Below are positions 1-12,429 of a stretch of DNA of 64,000 nucleotides, piece after piece (within the stretch, counting starts at the first letter, position 1; each line of letters opens with the position of its first letter). The notes under the pieces were generated by a model. That model did not search any database. It had not been told where the DNA came from and saw only the letters and a program-made list of their open reading frames with translations. Both the position numbers and the translations under genes were made by a program. The stretch comes from Macrostomum lignano (Eukaryota): the NCBI GenBank assembly GCA_002269645.1, contig NIVC01001368.1:182380-246379 (forward strand). The letters are read 5' to 3'.

Positions 1-17
1 GGGGCAACAGCCCCGGC

Positions 18-524
18 CTCATTGGCTGGCGCGCGCGCGCCGCAGGCGCGTGGCGCCAAGCGCCATCCAGGCGCGCGGCGCCAAGCGCCGACCAGCCACA
101 GGCGCACCCTACCGATATGTACCCCGATATGTATGCCCACCCTACCGATATGTAACCCGATATGTACACCCTCCCGATATGTATGCCCACCCTCCAGAGC
201 AGCAGGCGCCCATGCCGCAGGCGCCCCATGCCGCAGACGCCCATGCCGCAGGCGCCCCGAGTGTACACTCTCCCGAGCCAAAGGTACACTCTCCCAGTAC
301 GGGTGTACACTCTCCCAATACAGGTGTACACTCTCCCAATACAGGTGTACACTCTCCCAATACAGGTGTACACTGTCCCGATATGTAGTCAACGATACGT
401 ACCCCGCAGACCCCCTATACCTCACACCCTGCCCCCCACCTAGCCTCTTCCCCTCTCTCACCCGCATCTCAACTAGCGAAATCGAACTCAGGTCGCGCCC
501 ATACTAGGCCACTACACGGTTGGG
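18..524 (+). repeat. Left inverted repeat containing a 21-bp GTGTACACTCTCCCAATACAG array and CCGATATGTA motifs
   Basis: Direct reading. Tandem GTGTACAC palindromes at ~21-bp spacing between ~260 and 375. Confidence 0.9.
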
Positions 525-529
525 TATAG

Positions 530-717
530 GAAGTTTCAGCCCCGATGCTGACGCAGCCCTGTACAGTGAGCGTGTACGGGCAGAGAGGGGTGGGTGGACA
601 GAGAGCCAGCCACTAGGTTGTTATACTGTTGAAGCATAGGGAGCGAGAAGTTTTAACCCCGACGCTGACGCAGCCCTGTACAGTGAGCGTGTACGGGCAG
701 AGGGTGGGTGGAAAGAG
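530..717 (+). repeat. Two diverged direct copies of a ~70-bp unit (CCCGAYGCTGACGCAGCCCTGTACAGTGAGCGTGTACGGGCAGAG), ~120 bp apart
   Basis: Copies at ~530-604 and ~648-717. Confidence 0.8.
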
Positions 718-2749
718 ATGTGAACAACACAGCCTGCTGCAGGAGCCGGATAGAGAGGCGCATGCTAGGACAGAGAGGCAGTGTGAGTCACACACACCCC
801 ACAGAGAGAGTCTTACAGAGGATAGAGAGCTCCCTCCCCAGTTGCAGGGGACAGAGAGGCAAGCAGGGTATGCAGGGGCATGCGATCAGTCAAGGGGCCA
901 CGCGAGGATAGAGTGGAGGAGCAGAGATGTGTATGGACAGAGAGCAGGCCACGCGTGCGTAGTGTGAGGGAACAGAAACATATGGAGCAGGAGGGAGATA
1001 GGGAGCAAACGCTCTGGGTAAGGGAGCCACACAGGGGAGCCATGCAGCAGGGAGCAGTGTACAGTGAGACACGGGCAGGGGTGGAGCCGTGCGTGGACAG
1101 AGCTGAACGGCACGGTCAGCTGCAGGAATAGGATGGTAGAGAGGCGCGGAGAGGAGGGGGGGGGCAGAGAGCAGTACGCAGGGGTAGGCAGCCACGCAGG
1201 CTGGGGAACAGAGAGGCGCGTGTCAGCCACTTGCAGCCCGGGACAGAGAAGGGTGAAGGGGGTCTGGGACAGAGTTGCGAGCAAGGCACAGAGAGGTAGG
1301 GTCCAGTAGCTATGTATAGACAGGGAACACACGCGAGGGCAGGACTGGGGGTAGGCATGCAAGTTGCATGCAAGGCCAGAGAGGTGTGCGCGGAGGGAGA
1401 CAGAGAGCAGTGTGTAGGGGTAGGTAACAGCAAACTTTAGTAGAGGCGCGTGCGGGGACGGAGAAACCAGTCTGAGCGTACAGAGACGTTACAGAGAGGT
1501 ACACAAACAGAGACCAAAGCGGGCAGAGCACATGTGTAGGGACAGAGACGTGAGGGAGAATCGATCAAAACACGCTATGTATTATCAAAAGTTGGTTTTA
1601 GTGCAGCATATTTAATAGTGGGTAGTATAATAGTATGTACATAGTGGGTATAATAGTAGTAATAATAGTAAGTATATTAGCCCAAAAGGCAGGCTAAAAC
1701 AGGCTAAACTGTGTGTACGCATCCTCATCATCCCACAAGCCCCCTCCCCCGCCGGACTCACTCTTCCAAACCCTCCTGTATTGCTGTATGAAGGAAAATA
1801 TAGTGTAAAAATACAGATGTTAACCGCTAGACCGCTGAAATCAGGGCACACTAGAGGGGATTTCGGGGGTCTGCATGCTCTATGTAAGCTGCTTGAGGAG
1901 GTTCCAGGGTGTAGGGAGGGTTTCCATTATGTTTTGAAAAAAGAACTAGGAGCTTTAATGCAACGTTTTATTCAAAAAGTAGGTTATTTTAATGAAATAG
2001 CTGATACAATCATTGTCGAGAGTAGAAATTTTTATAAGAAACCTGGTATTTTAGCAAAAATAAACCTTCAAACCCCATAAAATTGAATAAAAAGCAGACA
2101 TTTTCAAGTAAGCAAACTACATAGAATCTACATAGAAAAGTAAGTAAACTAGGCACAAAACCAGCAAATTTTACCTTTTTTATTTTAATGTTACTGATAA
2201 AGTAGAGAGTAGAAACTTGTGAGCTGTACGGAGTTAGAAAGTATTAGGCATTATGTATCGTATGAATTATTAGTTCAGTACCAGCCATTGGTCAAGCGAG
2301 CATTTATGAAGTTATTACGAGCGAAGAAGGGATAGAGAGGTATATACAGGAAGACCATCGTCTCCTTCTAAACCACCGCGATCAGATTGCTAATAGAGAT
2401 AAGCTTTGTCTGTGTGTAGTATGAGTAAGCGAAGGCGGGGCAAATACTTTTCCACATGCCAGACAGACAGTATTATGCTAGGATTTCTCTCGAAATCTCG
2501 ATACGTTAGTTTTTATCACACCATCCAGATGCGCCAACTAGTCAGCAGTAGTCATTTATATGTTGTTAAAACTTACAAACCCAGGTCCGGTAAATATTAC
2601 AAAGAGTATATTACGTACATACGCCAACCCCGAATACCAAGCCATACTAGTCTACTTGCAGTGCTCCCGGAGGGAAGGGTTGGTCTGGAGTTACACACCA
2701 AGAATGCATTCATACAAAGAGTACACCAGTCGAGCCCAGTCCAGGCGCC

Positions 2750-3035
2750 CCGACAAGTATGACGCAGGCACACCCTCCCGACATGTACACCGACATGTAT
2801 GCAGCAGACGCCCCTCCCGACATGTACCCGACATGTACACCCTACCATATGGCGCGCGAGCCACAGGTGCCAAGCGCGGTCCGGGCCCCCCGAAATGTAT
2901 CCCGCAGGCGCCCCCTCCCGATCTGAAGGTACACTCTCTCAATATGTGTGTACACTCCCCGATATGAGTGTACACTCTCCCAATATGAGTGTACACTCTC
3001 CCGATATGTATGTGTACACCGATATGTAACCAACG
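2750..3035 (+). repeat. Diverged internal third copy of the inverted-repeat motifs, in the same orientation as the left repeat
   Basis: CCCTCCCGACATGTA, CAGGCGCCC, AAGGTACACTCTC, repeated GTGTACACTCTCCC and CCGATATGTA.CAACGATA occur in the same order as in 110-400. Confidence 0.7.
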
Positions 3036-4259
3036 ATATTAACACAAAATTAGGCTAGTGAAAACTACTTATAGTAGGTGAAATTGCGTATATTTACATA
3101 AAAAGTAAGCAAAACGCATATTAAACATATCAGTAGGTGTAAATATCGGTGCATAATGCATATTACGATGCATATAGGTGTACAGACATATAGAATTAAG
3201 TATATGGGCAGCAAAAAACACACAATATAGATGCATTTTATCGATATATTGACAGAAAAGTGGGTGAAATAGACAAAATCGTAATACAAAGCGGGTACAT
3301 ATCGCTTTATTAGTGGAGTAGGCGCTTGCAGATGCTAGTATAATGTAAAACATAGGTTGAAATACACATACACAGAGTACATACAAGTATAATGCAGGTG
3401 CATATGCACACACTGTAGATTCAATTATGTAGGTGTATAGGCTAAAATACACACATCGTAGAGGCAGAAGCAAGCATAATGCAGGAAAATTATGATACAT
3501 ATTAGTGCATAAAAGTATCATATTATGACACACTGTAGCACATATTGACATAATGCAGGGGAAAATATTGACAGAAATAATGCACAATTGTAGAGGTAAC
3601 AACCCGCCAACTAGTAAGGGCATCCAACACTTGTTCAGGTTTTTATTATTTCGAGACGAGTGTCACGCCCTCGCAAGAGATCTTATCAGACATTTGTTGA
3701 ACCCCACTGCAACTCCCCAGAGCCTCCAAATGCGAGTTTTTAACCCAGGGTCGAGTACAAAGGGCCCGCCCACTCTTAACCCCAAGGGGAGATCCCTAGC
3801 GGAGACCAAGTACAGTGCGGATGGAGAGGGGTAACAGAAAGCGCTGCATCAGACCGCGGAGCTGCATTCCTCCCTGAGGTAGGCGCGTCAGCTCCCACTC
3901 CTCATTTAACCATCAAGTAAACTAAATAAGTCAAGCAGAAAGCCCCTACATTCACCCACAACCAGCACAAGTAAGAGTACTTTCCACTAGAGAGCCATAG
4001 TGCAAGATTCGCGAGCCAAGTTGAAGCACCCCCAATTACACTAAAGACATATGTATTAAAAAGCAGGCCTGCACCTCTACAAAAACACAGTATGTACCAA
4101 CAAAATTTGCTTTTGGTGCAGCGTATTTAATAAAAAGCAGGTATCTTAGCACAAAAGTAGGCATCAATGCGGTGCACGGGCTAAACTGTATAAACTGTAT
4201 TTACAAACGCAGGTCAACAAACTACACACAATGTAGCGCATAGACATAATTGTACGCAT

Positions 4260-4621
4260 AAATGTACACAATTTCCTGTATATAGGACCACATGTACGCA
4301 AATTTACGCAAATGTACACACACACACACACACACACATGCACGCACACGCGTATTCACAGCAAGAGCTCCCTGCCGATGGCGCCATCGCCTGCGGCGAT
4401 CGGCGCTGCAGGATGCGCTGCAGGATACGCGTGTGCGTGCATGTGTGTGTCTGTGTGTGTGTGTATACATTTGCGTAAATAAAATAAATAATAAATAAAT
4501 AAATAAAATAAATAAAATACAGTGTAAATAATAAATAATAAATAAAATACAGTGTGTGCATATGCACAAATGTACACAATTTCCTGTATATAGGACCACA
4601 TGTACGCAAATTTACGCAAAT

Positions 4622-4654
<33 letters not shown>

Positions 4655-4706
4655 CACGCACACGCGTATCCTGCAGCGCATCCTGCAGCGCCGATCGCCG
4701 CAGGCG
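4260..4706. repeat. Nested direct and inverted repeat block with (CA)n arms and a (TAAA)n spacer
   Basis: 4302-4355 and 4425-4480 are inverted arms. 4260-4355 is repeated directly at 4568-4669. 4388-4480 is inverted at 4610-4706. Perfect palindrome CGATGGCGCCATCG at 4376-4389. Confidence 0.85.
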
Positions 4707-4709
4707 AAG

Positions 4710-5218
4710 CCCAACCGTGTAGTGGCCTAGTATGGGCGCGACCTGAGTTCGATTTCGCTAGTTGAGATGCGGGTGAGAGAGGGGAAGAGGCTAGGTGGGG
4801 GGGGCAGGGTGTGAGGTATAGGGGGTCTGCGGGGTACGTATCGTTGACTACATATCGGGAGAGTGTACACCTGTATTGGGAGAGTGTACACCTGTATTGG
4901 GAGAGTGTACACCTGTATTGGGAGAGTGTACACCCGTACTGGGAGAGTGTACCTTTGGCTCGGGAGAGTGTACACTCGGGGCGCCTGCGGCATGGGCGTC
5001 TGCGGCATGGGGCGCCTGCGGCATGGGCGCCTGCTGCTCTGGAGGGTATGCATACATATCGGGAGGGTGTACATATCGGGGTACATATCGGTAGGGTGGG
5101 CATACATATCGGGGTACATATCGGTAGGGTGCGCCTGTGGCTGGTCGGCGCTTGGCGCCGCGCGCCTGGATGGCGCTTGGCGCCACGCGCCTGCGGCGCG
5201 CGCGCGCCAGCCAATGAG
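4710..5218 (-). repeat. Right inverted repeat (reverse complement of 18-524)
   Basis: Direct reading. The ORF track gives mirror-image translations (22..507 + vs 4612..5298 -). Confidence 0.9.
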
Positions 5219-5309
5219 AGGCGAGGAGGGTTGACACCCACCCCACCTCCAAAAAGGGGCGGATTTTGCAGTCCATAGTAGTTAAAAGTGGCTACCACAT
5301 TTCAGTATT

Positions 5310-7503
5310 TTAAAGCTCCATGGACCGCCTTCCTGAGAGAGGCGGTTAAATTCCCGGTTTCCTGCGTAGACCTTGCAGCCTTTTCAGGCATGAATCACGC
5401 TTGGATATGTCCCATATGCTTGGACCGAGGCAAATGAGATTTTCACCCCTAAGCCAGGCTGCCCGGACTATCATTCCATCACATCCATCAGACCGATCAG
5501 CCTTACCTCCTCCCTGGTCAAGCTGATGGAGAGACTGGTGCTCTGACGCCTTCTCTCTGTGGAGCTGAAGAACAAGCCTCTTAGCGAAAACCAGCATGCT
5601 TTTCGGGCGGATCGTTCAACCAAAAGCGCACTGCACGCCCTGGGCGATAAACTGGAGAAGGCCCGTGCCTGCCGGCAACGGCTTTGCTCTGCATGGGAAC
5701 CTTCCTGGACATCGATGGCGCCTTCGATAATGTTCTCTTTGAGGCGTTCCGCAGAGCCCTCTGAGAGAGGTAAACGCACTCGCATCTATCTCACTAGGTG
5801 GATCATGTACTACCTAGTACTACCAGTACTACCTGGTAGTACAAACTGGTACATGTACTACCAGTTTGCTGGGCCAACGAAGGATGGTCCCCGTCTGAAA
5901 AGGTAGCCCGCAGGGTGGGGTGCTGTCTCCAGTTCTCTGGAATATGTTCATCGATGAGCTCCTTCGGGATGCTCGGCCTGACCCCATTCTGAAAGTAGGT
6001 TACGCGGACGATGTCACTGCCGTGGCGTCTGGACCGTCTCGATACCCACAGGGACCTACATCAGAATTTCATCTACGCCGCGGAGCAATGGGCGGATCGC
6101 TGTAGTCTAAAGCTCTCTGTGACTAAGATGGCAGTGATCAAATTCACCAGCAGGACTAAGTGGCAGATTTGGCCGCTTACGCTTTACGGAGAGGAAATAT
6201 CCTTCTGCAAACAGACTAAATGTCTAGGGATTAGCCTGGATCACTGGCTGAATTGGTCACGGCCCACGTTCAGGCAAAAGCCAAGATGGCCATCGCAATC
6301 CTTGCGCAGCTGCGCAGGGCCGTCGGCACCACCTGGGGCTCACCCCAAGCACCTCTGGTGGATCTACACTACACGAGGCCTGCGTTCTCGTACGGCATCC
6401 TGATCTGGGCTAGCGCCCTGCAGATGAAGACCTGCCTAGAGACTCTCAGAAGAACGCAAGGGCGCGCATTTTGATAGCCTCAACGCCTTCCTCAAAATCC
6501 CCCCACTGGACATCTTTGTCCTCAGGGATGCCACCAAGACTACCCGCCGTTTGATTGACTTCAAATTGCATTCGTTTCCTGCCCCATAGGGCCATGGCTA
6601 AGCGCAACTCCTGCCTCTGCCGACCTCTGCCTCAAAGACTTGAGAAACTGCGGCGGGTTCCGCGTCTTATCTGAAAGTGAACCCCGCACTCCCAACCTCT
6701 TTCAGCGCTAATAGGTCACCATCCCTTGAGGGGATGCTGAAACTGAACTGACCACTGAAGCTGACCACTGAAATTTCCAGGAGGTCCATTATTACAACCA
6801 AGCGCCTTACAGGCCCCATGCCACACCAACTACAAATTCACGGAAAATCGCTGACTGCGCCCGGCAGCTCAACCTCCTGGCCAGTAGCAGTACTGTCAGC
6901 CTGAAGTGGATCTTAGGGCACTCCAGGCCCAGTTTTTCTAGGGAACGAGTTGGCAGACACCCTCGCCAAGAGGGCGGCTCTGGCTCCTTCCTGGTCCCTT
7001 TTCCCCTTCACAGATCGATGACTGCATTGGCAATCGTCAGATTGATGACTGGGGGCTGATTCCCTTCACAGGGACAGATATGGGCGGGCACCCAGAACTG
7101 CCGGCAATCCCGCGCCACAGTTCCTTGCCTCTCGTAAGCTCAGGAACATACTTCTCAACCAAAATCCGAAGGAAAGAGTGAACTCTGCCTTTTTTGAGAA
7201 TACGACAACGAAGATGCTCAGCACTTTGTTTGTCACTGCCCTCTCTTCACCAGAGACCGGCTACGCTACCTTGGGCCGATCCCATCTGTCGACGAGGTAC
7301 GCCAGCCTGACTGCATCCCTCGGCTATTCCAGTTCCTCCGGGCGACAAGACGAGCCCTACGGAAGATCACGCTGCAAGACGGACTGGCGGACCACCCTGA
7401 CCGGCCCCACGCCTTTGCCTGTCTGCGGGCCTTTAGGGCTAGCGGAATGGGTGACCCTCGCTTCCACGTTGTGTCTACGAACCCAACCCGCAGCTAAGTC
7501 AAG
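5310..7503 (+). mobile_element. Decayed, 5'-truncated non-LTR retrotransposon (RT + RNase H + CCHC; R1/Loa/I-group-like)
   Basis: Frameshifted fragments: [71 protein letters not shown]...GNELADTL, and a C-terminal H.VCHCP.F. The 3' end GCAGCTAAGTCAAG is shared with the 33-37 kb copy. Confidence 0.85.
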
Positions 7504-9336
7504 CATATCAAGCGTGTTGATTCGGCCCCGACCCATTGACACCCCATCCCGATCGCTATAGCCTCGCAAGCGAATAATTCTTTGGCGCTGGTCGTCTTGA
7601 GGGATTCCGGCGTTTCGCCGAAATATAGATCCGATGGGATTTGGTTGAGCCTTCGCTGCATGAGCTTTCAACATGAGCTTTCAACATGAGCTGCATGAGC
7701 TTTCGAGAGTAGGGTCTGGGATTTAGGCCAGCCTTAGGAAATACGAGCGTACTTGCCTCCATTCCAGTCTTGAACTTATCACTCCCCAATTTATCATCTA
7801 ACCACTGCTTAATATTAATTCGAATAATTTGTCTAAATTTAGACGTCAGTCATAAATATTATCCGAGCGAAAGAATCCGTGCTCAATCAAAATGTATCTG
7901 GAATCGTTTTTACTCGCGTTAATCATTTACCGTATCAATTCTCGATTTTCATCACCGGCCGCTGCAGCGATTGGAGAAAGTCTGGTACAACTAGCCGACG
8001 CCCCCGACGATAGGCAAATATTGCTAGCTTTAAAACCTCCGATTGCTCCAACTAGGTTTTCGAGGCTAAAGTACAAGTATTCGTTATACCGCAAACATTA
8101 CACAAAGCAAAGGCGAAAACTTTAGCTTTAAACAAAACTTGCCAAAACAGCGAGTCTATATAGGGCCTACATGTAAGATGCCCAGCACTAATATATTTAT
8201 CATATATGTAAATACATAATACATACTAATCCATATACAGTATATGTAAGGAGAAAGTGGAGCACAATTCCTATACTGGGAGTACGAGCTATACGACCAC
8301 CTAGATATTACAAAAAACGTTTACGTGGTTGGTAGCGAGGACTTCGAGCTACCAATTCGTCAACGGATGCAAAGTATAGAATTAACGGGGGCTTGGCGCC
8401 TGCATGAGCGGGTCCAATTCACAATCTTATGACTCTTTTTATCTGCTTATTTATTTAAGCCTTCCCTGGGTCACGGGATTCTTTGGATTTCGATGATTTT
8501 GCGGGAGTAGTTTATGTACATCTACCATATTTCCAGTGGGCCATAGTCATAAGCAAGCATTTAAATGTTAAAAATTTCATATCTTGCGTACCATTTTAGA
8601 CACCTACAGACATCGCAGCCTCCGACGCAAGATAGCTTCCTTGTGGATCGGCTGTGGCTGAGTGGGTGCTTACTCGATCTGGTGCTCAACTCGCCGGCGA
8701 AAGAAATGGGGTTCTGGATTCAAGCTGAAAATTGGCCTCAGCCATTTCCCATGCCATAGTCTTACTACAACTTTTAAAATTCCCTGATTTAAATTTTGCT
8801 AACAATTGCCTAAAAAAATGAGCTGATCTGACTGCGCTCTTCTGAAACGCGCAATCGACCCCAGGGAGGAGTTTCGCGTCATTATTTTCGCTTCATCCTC
8901 TTTTCAGCTCTCACGATATTGCCGATGCACTTTTACCATTTCTCGTTAACTCAAAGCGCCACCTGGCTCTTTCCCATTCCCTTTTATTTGCATCTTTTCT
9001 TTGAACATATCACGTGACGGGCAACTAGCGCATGATTGCATCCAGGGACGCATGCATCCGGGAAACGGGAGGTCAGGAGCTGCGCGGTGGAGAATAGATG
9101 ATCAGGCAAAGAAAAGACAATAAATACGAGCGTGGAGCGTCGAACTGTGGGCAAAGTTAGTTTGGTTAGTAAAACATTCACTGAGTGCCCTGAGCCCGAA
9201 TCAGATCCTAGCAGCCGCTGATCGACTTAAACAGACCTGCAGTCTCTCCTGTCTGTGAGACTACAAAAAGTTCAGATTTCTGTATTGATGACCGGATCTT
9301 TAAAACGGTCTAATTTATTCGGCCAAATAAAGTTAG

Positions 9337-10911
9337 CAAATTACGCTCGTACACCTGGAAGAATGTCGGGAGCACAATCCAAGATCGGCTCCCTGGAAAA
9401 TTCAAGCCACAAACCTGGCGGCGGCAAAAAGACGGTAAGGCGACTGCATGATGGGAACTGCAGCTCATTCGTTTCCGATGGTTTTACCAATACAGATATT
9501 TTAATCTGCTAGCTTTATAATTAAGGGCTAAGTTCAAGTTCAATGTATCCTTACTTAGTCATACACATATAGGCAGAGGGATTTGTGGACACGTTGAGAC
9601 CATGATGGCTCCATCGCCCTGCAGCCGGTGGCGATCCTGCAAAGTCAGCTGCCTCGCTGAAAAAGGCGCTAAGCAGAAAGCGCACCTTGAGGCTGAGCAT
9701 TCACCCTTGAGCAGGCCGTTCGCTGCAAAAGTAAGAAACCACCCAGCTGAGAATACAGGAGTTCCCAACTTGTATATGTACTGTACAGTAATTAAAGTAA
9801 TTAATGTAGCTCGTAGTTGCCCCTGGAATCGAGGCATCAAAATCGCTGCTAACCTAGCTGATATAAGCTACTTGTAACTTAAGAACACCGACAGAGGGCA
9901 ACCGTATCTTCAGGTACAAAAGTAGCCGGTTTTTATCAAAGGAATAATATTCATACACTCGACCGTATCATCCAACCCGCACAGATTTTCAGCCAGAAAC
10001 CCGAATGGAAGGCTCAGTCCAAAATCGGATCGCTAGACAACTCCAATCACACTGCCGGAGGAGGGAACAAGAAGGTAACTACAATACAGATATCCTGAGT
10101 GATACATTGGCTACGCTGATTGACACACGCTGGCCATCCTGAGTGACACATATAGGCTATCCTGAGTGACACACATTGGCTATTCTTAGTGACACATGTT
10201 GGCTATCCTGAGTGACACATTGGCTATTCTTAGTGACACATGTTGGCCATCCTGAGTGACACATATTGGCTACCCTGAGTGACACACATTTCCTATCCTG
10301 AGTGACACATATTGTGTAACAAAGTCTGTGTGGCTTGCAGAGAGGAATCTTAGAGCCGGCCAAGCCTAGCTCTCTCAATAAATACCAGTTTATTTTCCAG
10401 CCTGACTAGGCTGACCAATCAGCCGCTACCTCTGGCGTGTTCGCGCTCCAGAGTACGCACATGCGCGAGTACAATCCGAGAGAGAGAGAGAGAGACAGCC
10501 CCCCATCCCCCACTCTGCACAGAAAGCTAAACGCAGTCACCACATATTGGCTATCCTGAGTGACACATTGGCGCTGCGCCTCACCCCGCACAATCCGCCT
10601 CTGCCACATTGCGTGTTGCAGATCGAAGTTCAGAAGCTGGATTGGAAAGTGACATCAAAGATTGGCTCACTGGAAAATGCATCGCACAGGCCAGGGGGTG
10701 GTGAGAAAAAGGTTTGCAACAGCTTGCATTGATTTTTAATAAACAACAGTGCCTTGTCTGTGCAAACGACTAAGTAGAAATTCTTATAGCTTTAACCATC
10801 CAGCCGTCCTCTGCATTGCAGATCGCCAATCAGAAAGTGGAGTGGCGGGCTCAATCCAAGGTTGGGTCTTTGGAGAACGCCATGCACAAGCCGGCTGGAG
10901 GAGAGAAGAAG
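9337..10911 (+). CDS. Tau/MAP2/MAP4-family microtubule-associated protein, four tubulin-binding-repeat exons (partial model)
   Basis: Exons 9337-9434 (SKIGSLENSSHKPGGGKK), 9985-10074 (IFSQKPEWKAQSKIGSLDNSNHTAGGGNKK), 10622-10711 (IEVQKLDWKVTSKIGSLENASHRPGGGEKK) and 10822-10911 (IANQKVEWRAQSKVGSLENAMHKPAGGEKK), all AG/GT bounded. The last three are exactly 90 nt, phase 0. Start not located; a possible last exon begins at 11636 (IFQRSF*). Confidence 0.85.
10090..10315. repeat. Intronic ~22-bp minisatellite (TGGCTATCCTGAGTGACACATA), with a further copy at ~10545-10570
   Basis: Direct reading. Confidence 0.85.
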
Positions 10912-12429
10912 GTAAATTCAAAACCTGAATGGTAGGCAAAATGTCTGGATTTGGATAGTGCACCGCATACTGTATATGGAACACATCTCCTGCCTTATAC
11001 GAATCTCTAGAGAGTCGAAAGCATCACCAGCCACCGTACAGAAGAGCAGCCGGGAAGTTTAGCAGACTCGGGCACACGAGGGTCAGAGGGACGCTAAAAC
11101 TGCGCAGTCAGTCACCGGGGCTTTGCTGTCATGATTATGTCGTCCGCCCTTGCTATACCATGTGCTGCCATACCCGGCAAGGCAGGCAGACCTGCTTAGA
11201 AGGTGTGCACAGATTATTCTCTAGGCCAGCGCTGCTATCGAGCGGGAGGGTCTGCTATCGATAGGCTCCTTTCCTACTACGAGTAGCTACACCACATGCG
11301 ACATATAGTTTGTTTAGAGAAGTAGGCATAGCCGTACATGTGCATGCATTAAGTTTAACTCATATTAATAAAGCCTGACAAAGATTGAATGGGTCAATGT
11401 ATATAGAGTAAGTGATGACTGCTGATAGCGTCCAAGAATGGAAAATGTCCCAAATTATTTACTCTGCATGCATCATCCCATCAGATTGCCAGCAGCCGGC
11501 TGGAATGGAAGTCTTCATCTAAGACAGGCTCAGCGACCAACCCAAAGCACACACTGGCTGACGGAGGACAGGCAAAGTCAGATTAAACTCAGTGTTGACT
11601 CCGATTTTGGCGATTTGGCCAAGCTATACTTGCAGATTTTTCAGCGTTCCTTTTAGTGAAGTAAATTCTGTCTTTTAGTTCACATAACTATCCCTTCAAG
11701 CGTACATGCTGCTATGTACGCTATAGGCTGCCACTATGTAGCATTCAACTATTTGAACGCCTAGCTCACACATGGCCAGGCCAGGGCACCAAGATCTCGT
11801 TAACAAATGAAGCGTGTGCATGAAAACTAAAACTTACTTCACGAAAAGAAAAATGTACCGTACATTGAGCTATATCTGAATAGTACGTGTGGTTATGCGA
11901 GTATTGTTTTAGATACAGATAATATCTTTGATGTGAGATGAACTTGTACTCGAGCCATAACAATGGTAGAATACTGTTTAGTATATTTAGATTTGTTTGT
12001 GTATGGCCATAGCCAGAATCCCACTAGCTAGAGACATGCCGCTTTGAAATATATCAAATCTTATTGGCTCGCAGCAGCCCAAATTAACATTACATTAACA
12101 ATAACATTAAAATTACATGCTACTCCACTTTATGTTTATGTAAATTTGCATGCTGTAAGAGCTTAACTGGAAAAACAGGACGTTAACTGAAATAAACCGA
12201 CAACACAATATTGTGCTGCATGTACAAGTATAACACCAGTTTTTCAAACCTTCAATTTTGACAGGGCAAAAATAAAAAAATATTTTCTGCTGCTTCAGAA
12301 AATTGTTGCTTCCTGTCTCGCCGGCCACTGACAGCCAGACTCGGCGAATGGAAATGCTTTAGACAGCACATGATCAATCCATTCTTGACTAAACCCTAAT
12401 ATGCCTAGCTGTCAGCCTTAGTCCAGCAA

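Larger units (their letters stand above)
18..5218. mobile_element. Foldback/TIR-type element of unknown family, ~5.2 kb, with ~507-bp terminal inverted repeats and no recognisable transposase
   Basis: 18-524 is a near-perfect reverse complement of 4710-5218 (CTCATTGGCTGGCGCG...CCACTACACGGTTGGG vs CCCAACCGTGTAGTGG...CGCGCCAGCCAATGAG). The interior is purine-rich and AT-rich with only short ORFs. No TSD was identified. Confidence 0.6.

Noticed and set aside
22-507. ORFs across the inverted repeats, and their mirrors at 4612-5298
   Set aside because: Periodic translations of GC-rich repeat units in all frames, with no domain signal.
3069-3623. 184-aa minus-strand ORF
   Set aside because: Its Cys/Ile/Tyr-rich composition is typical of antisense AT-rich DNA, with no motif.
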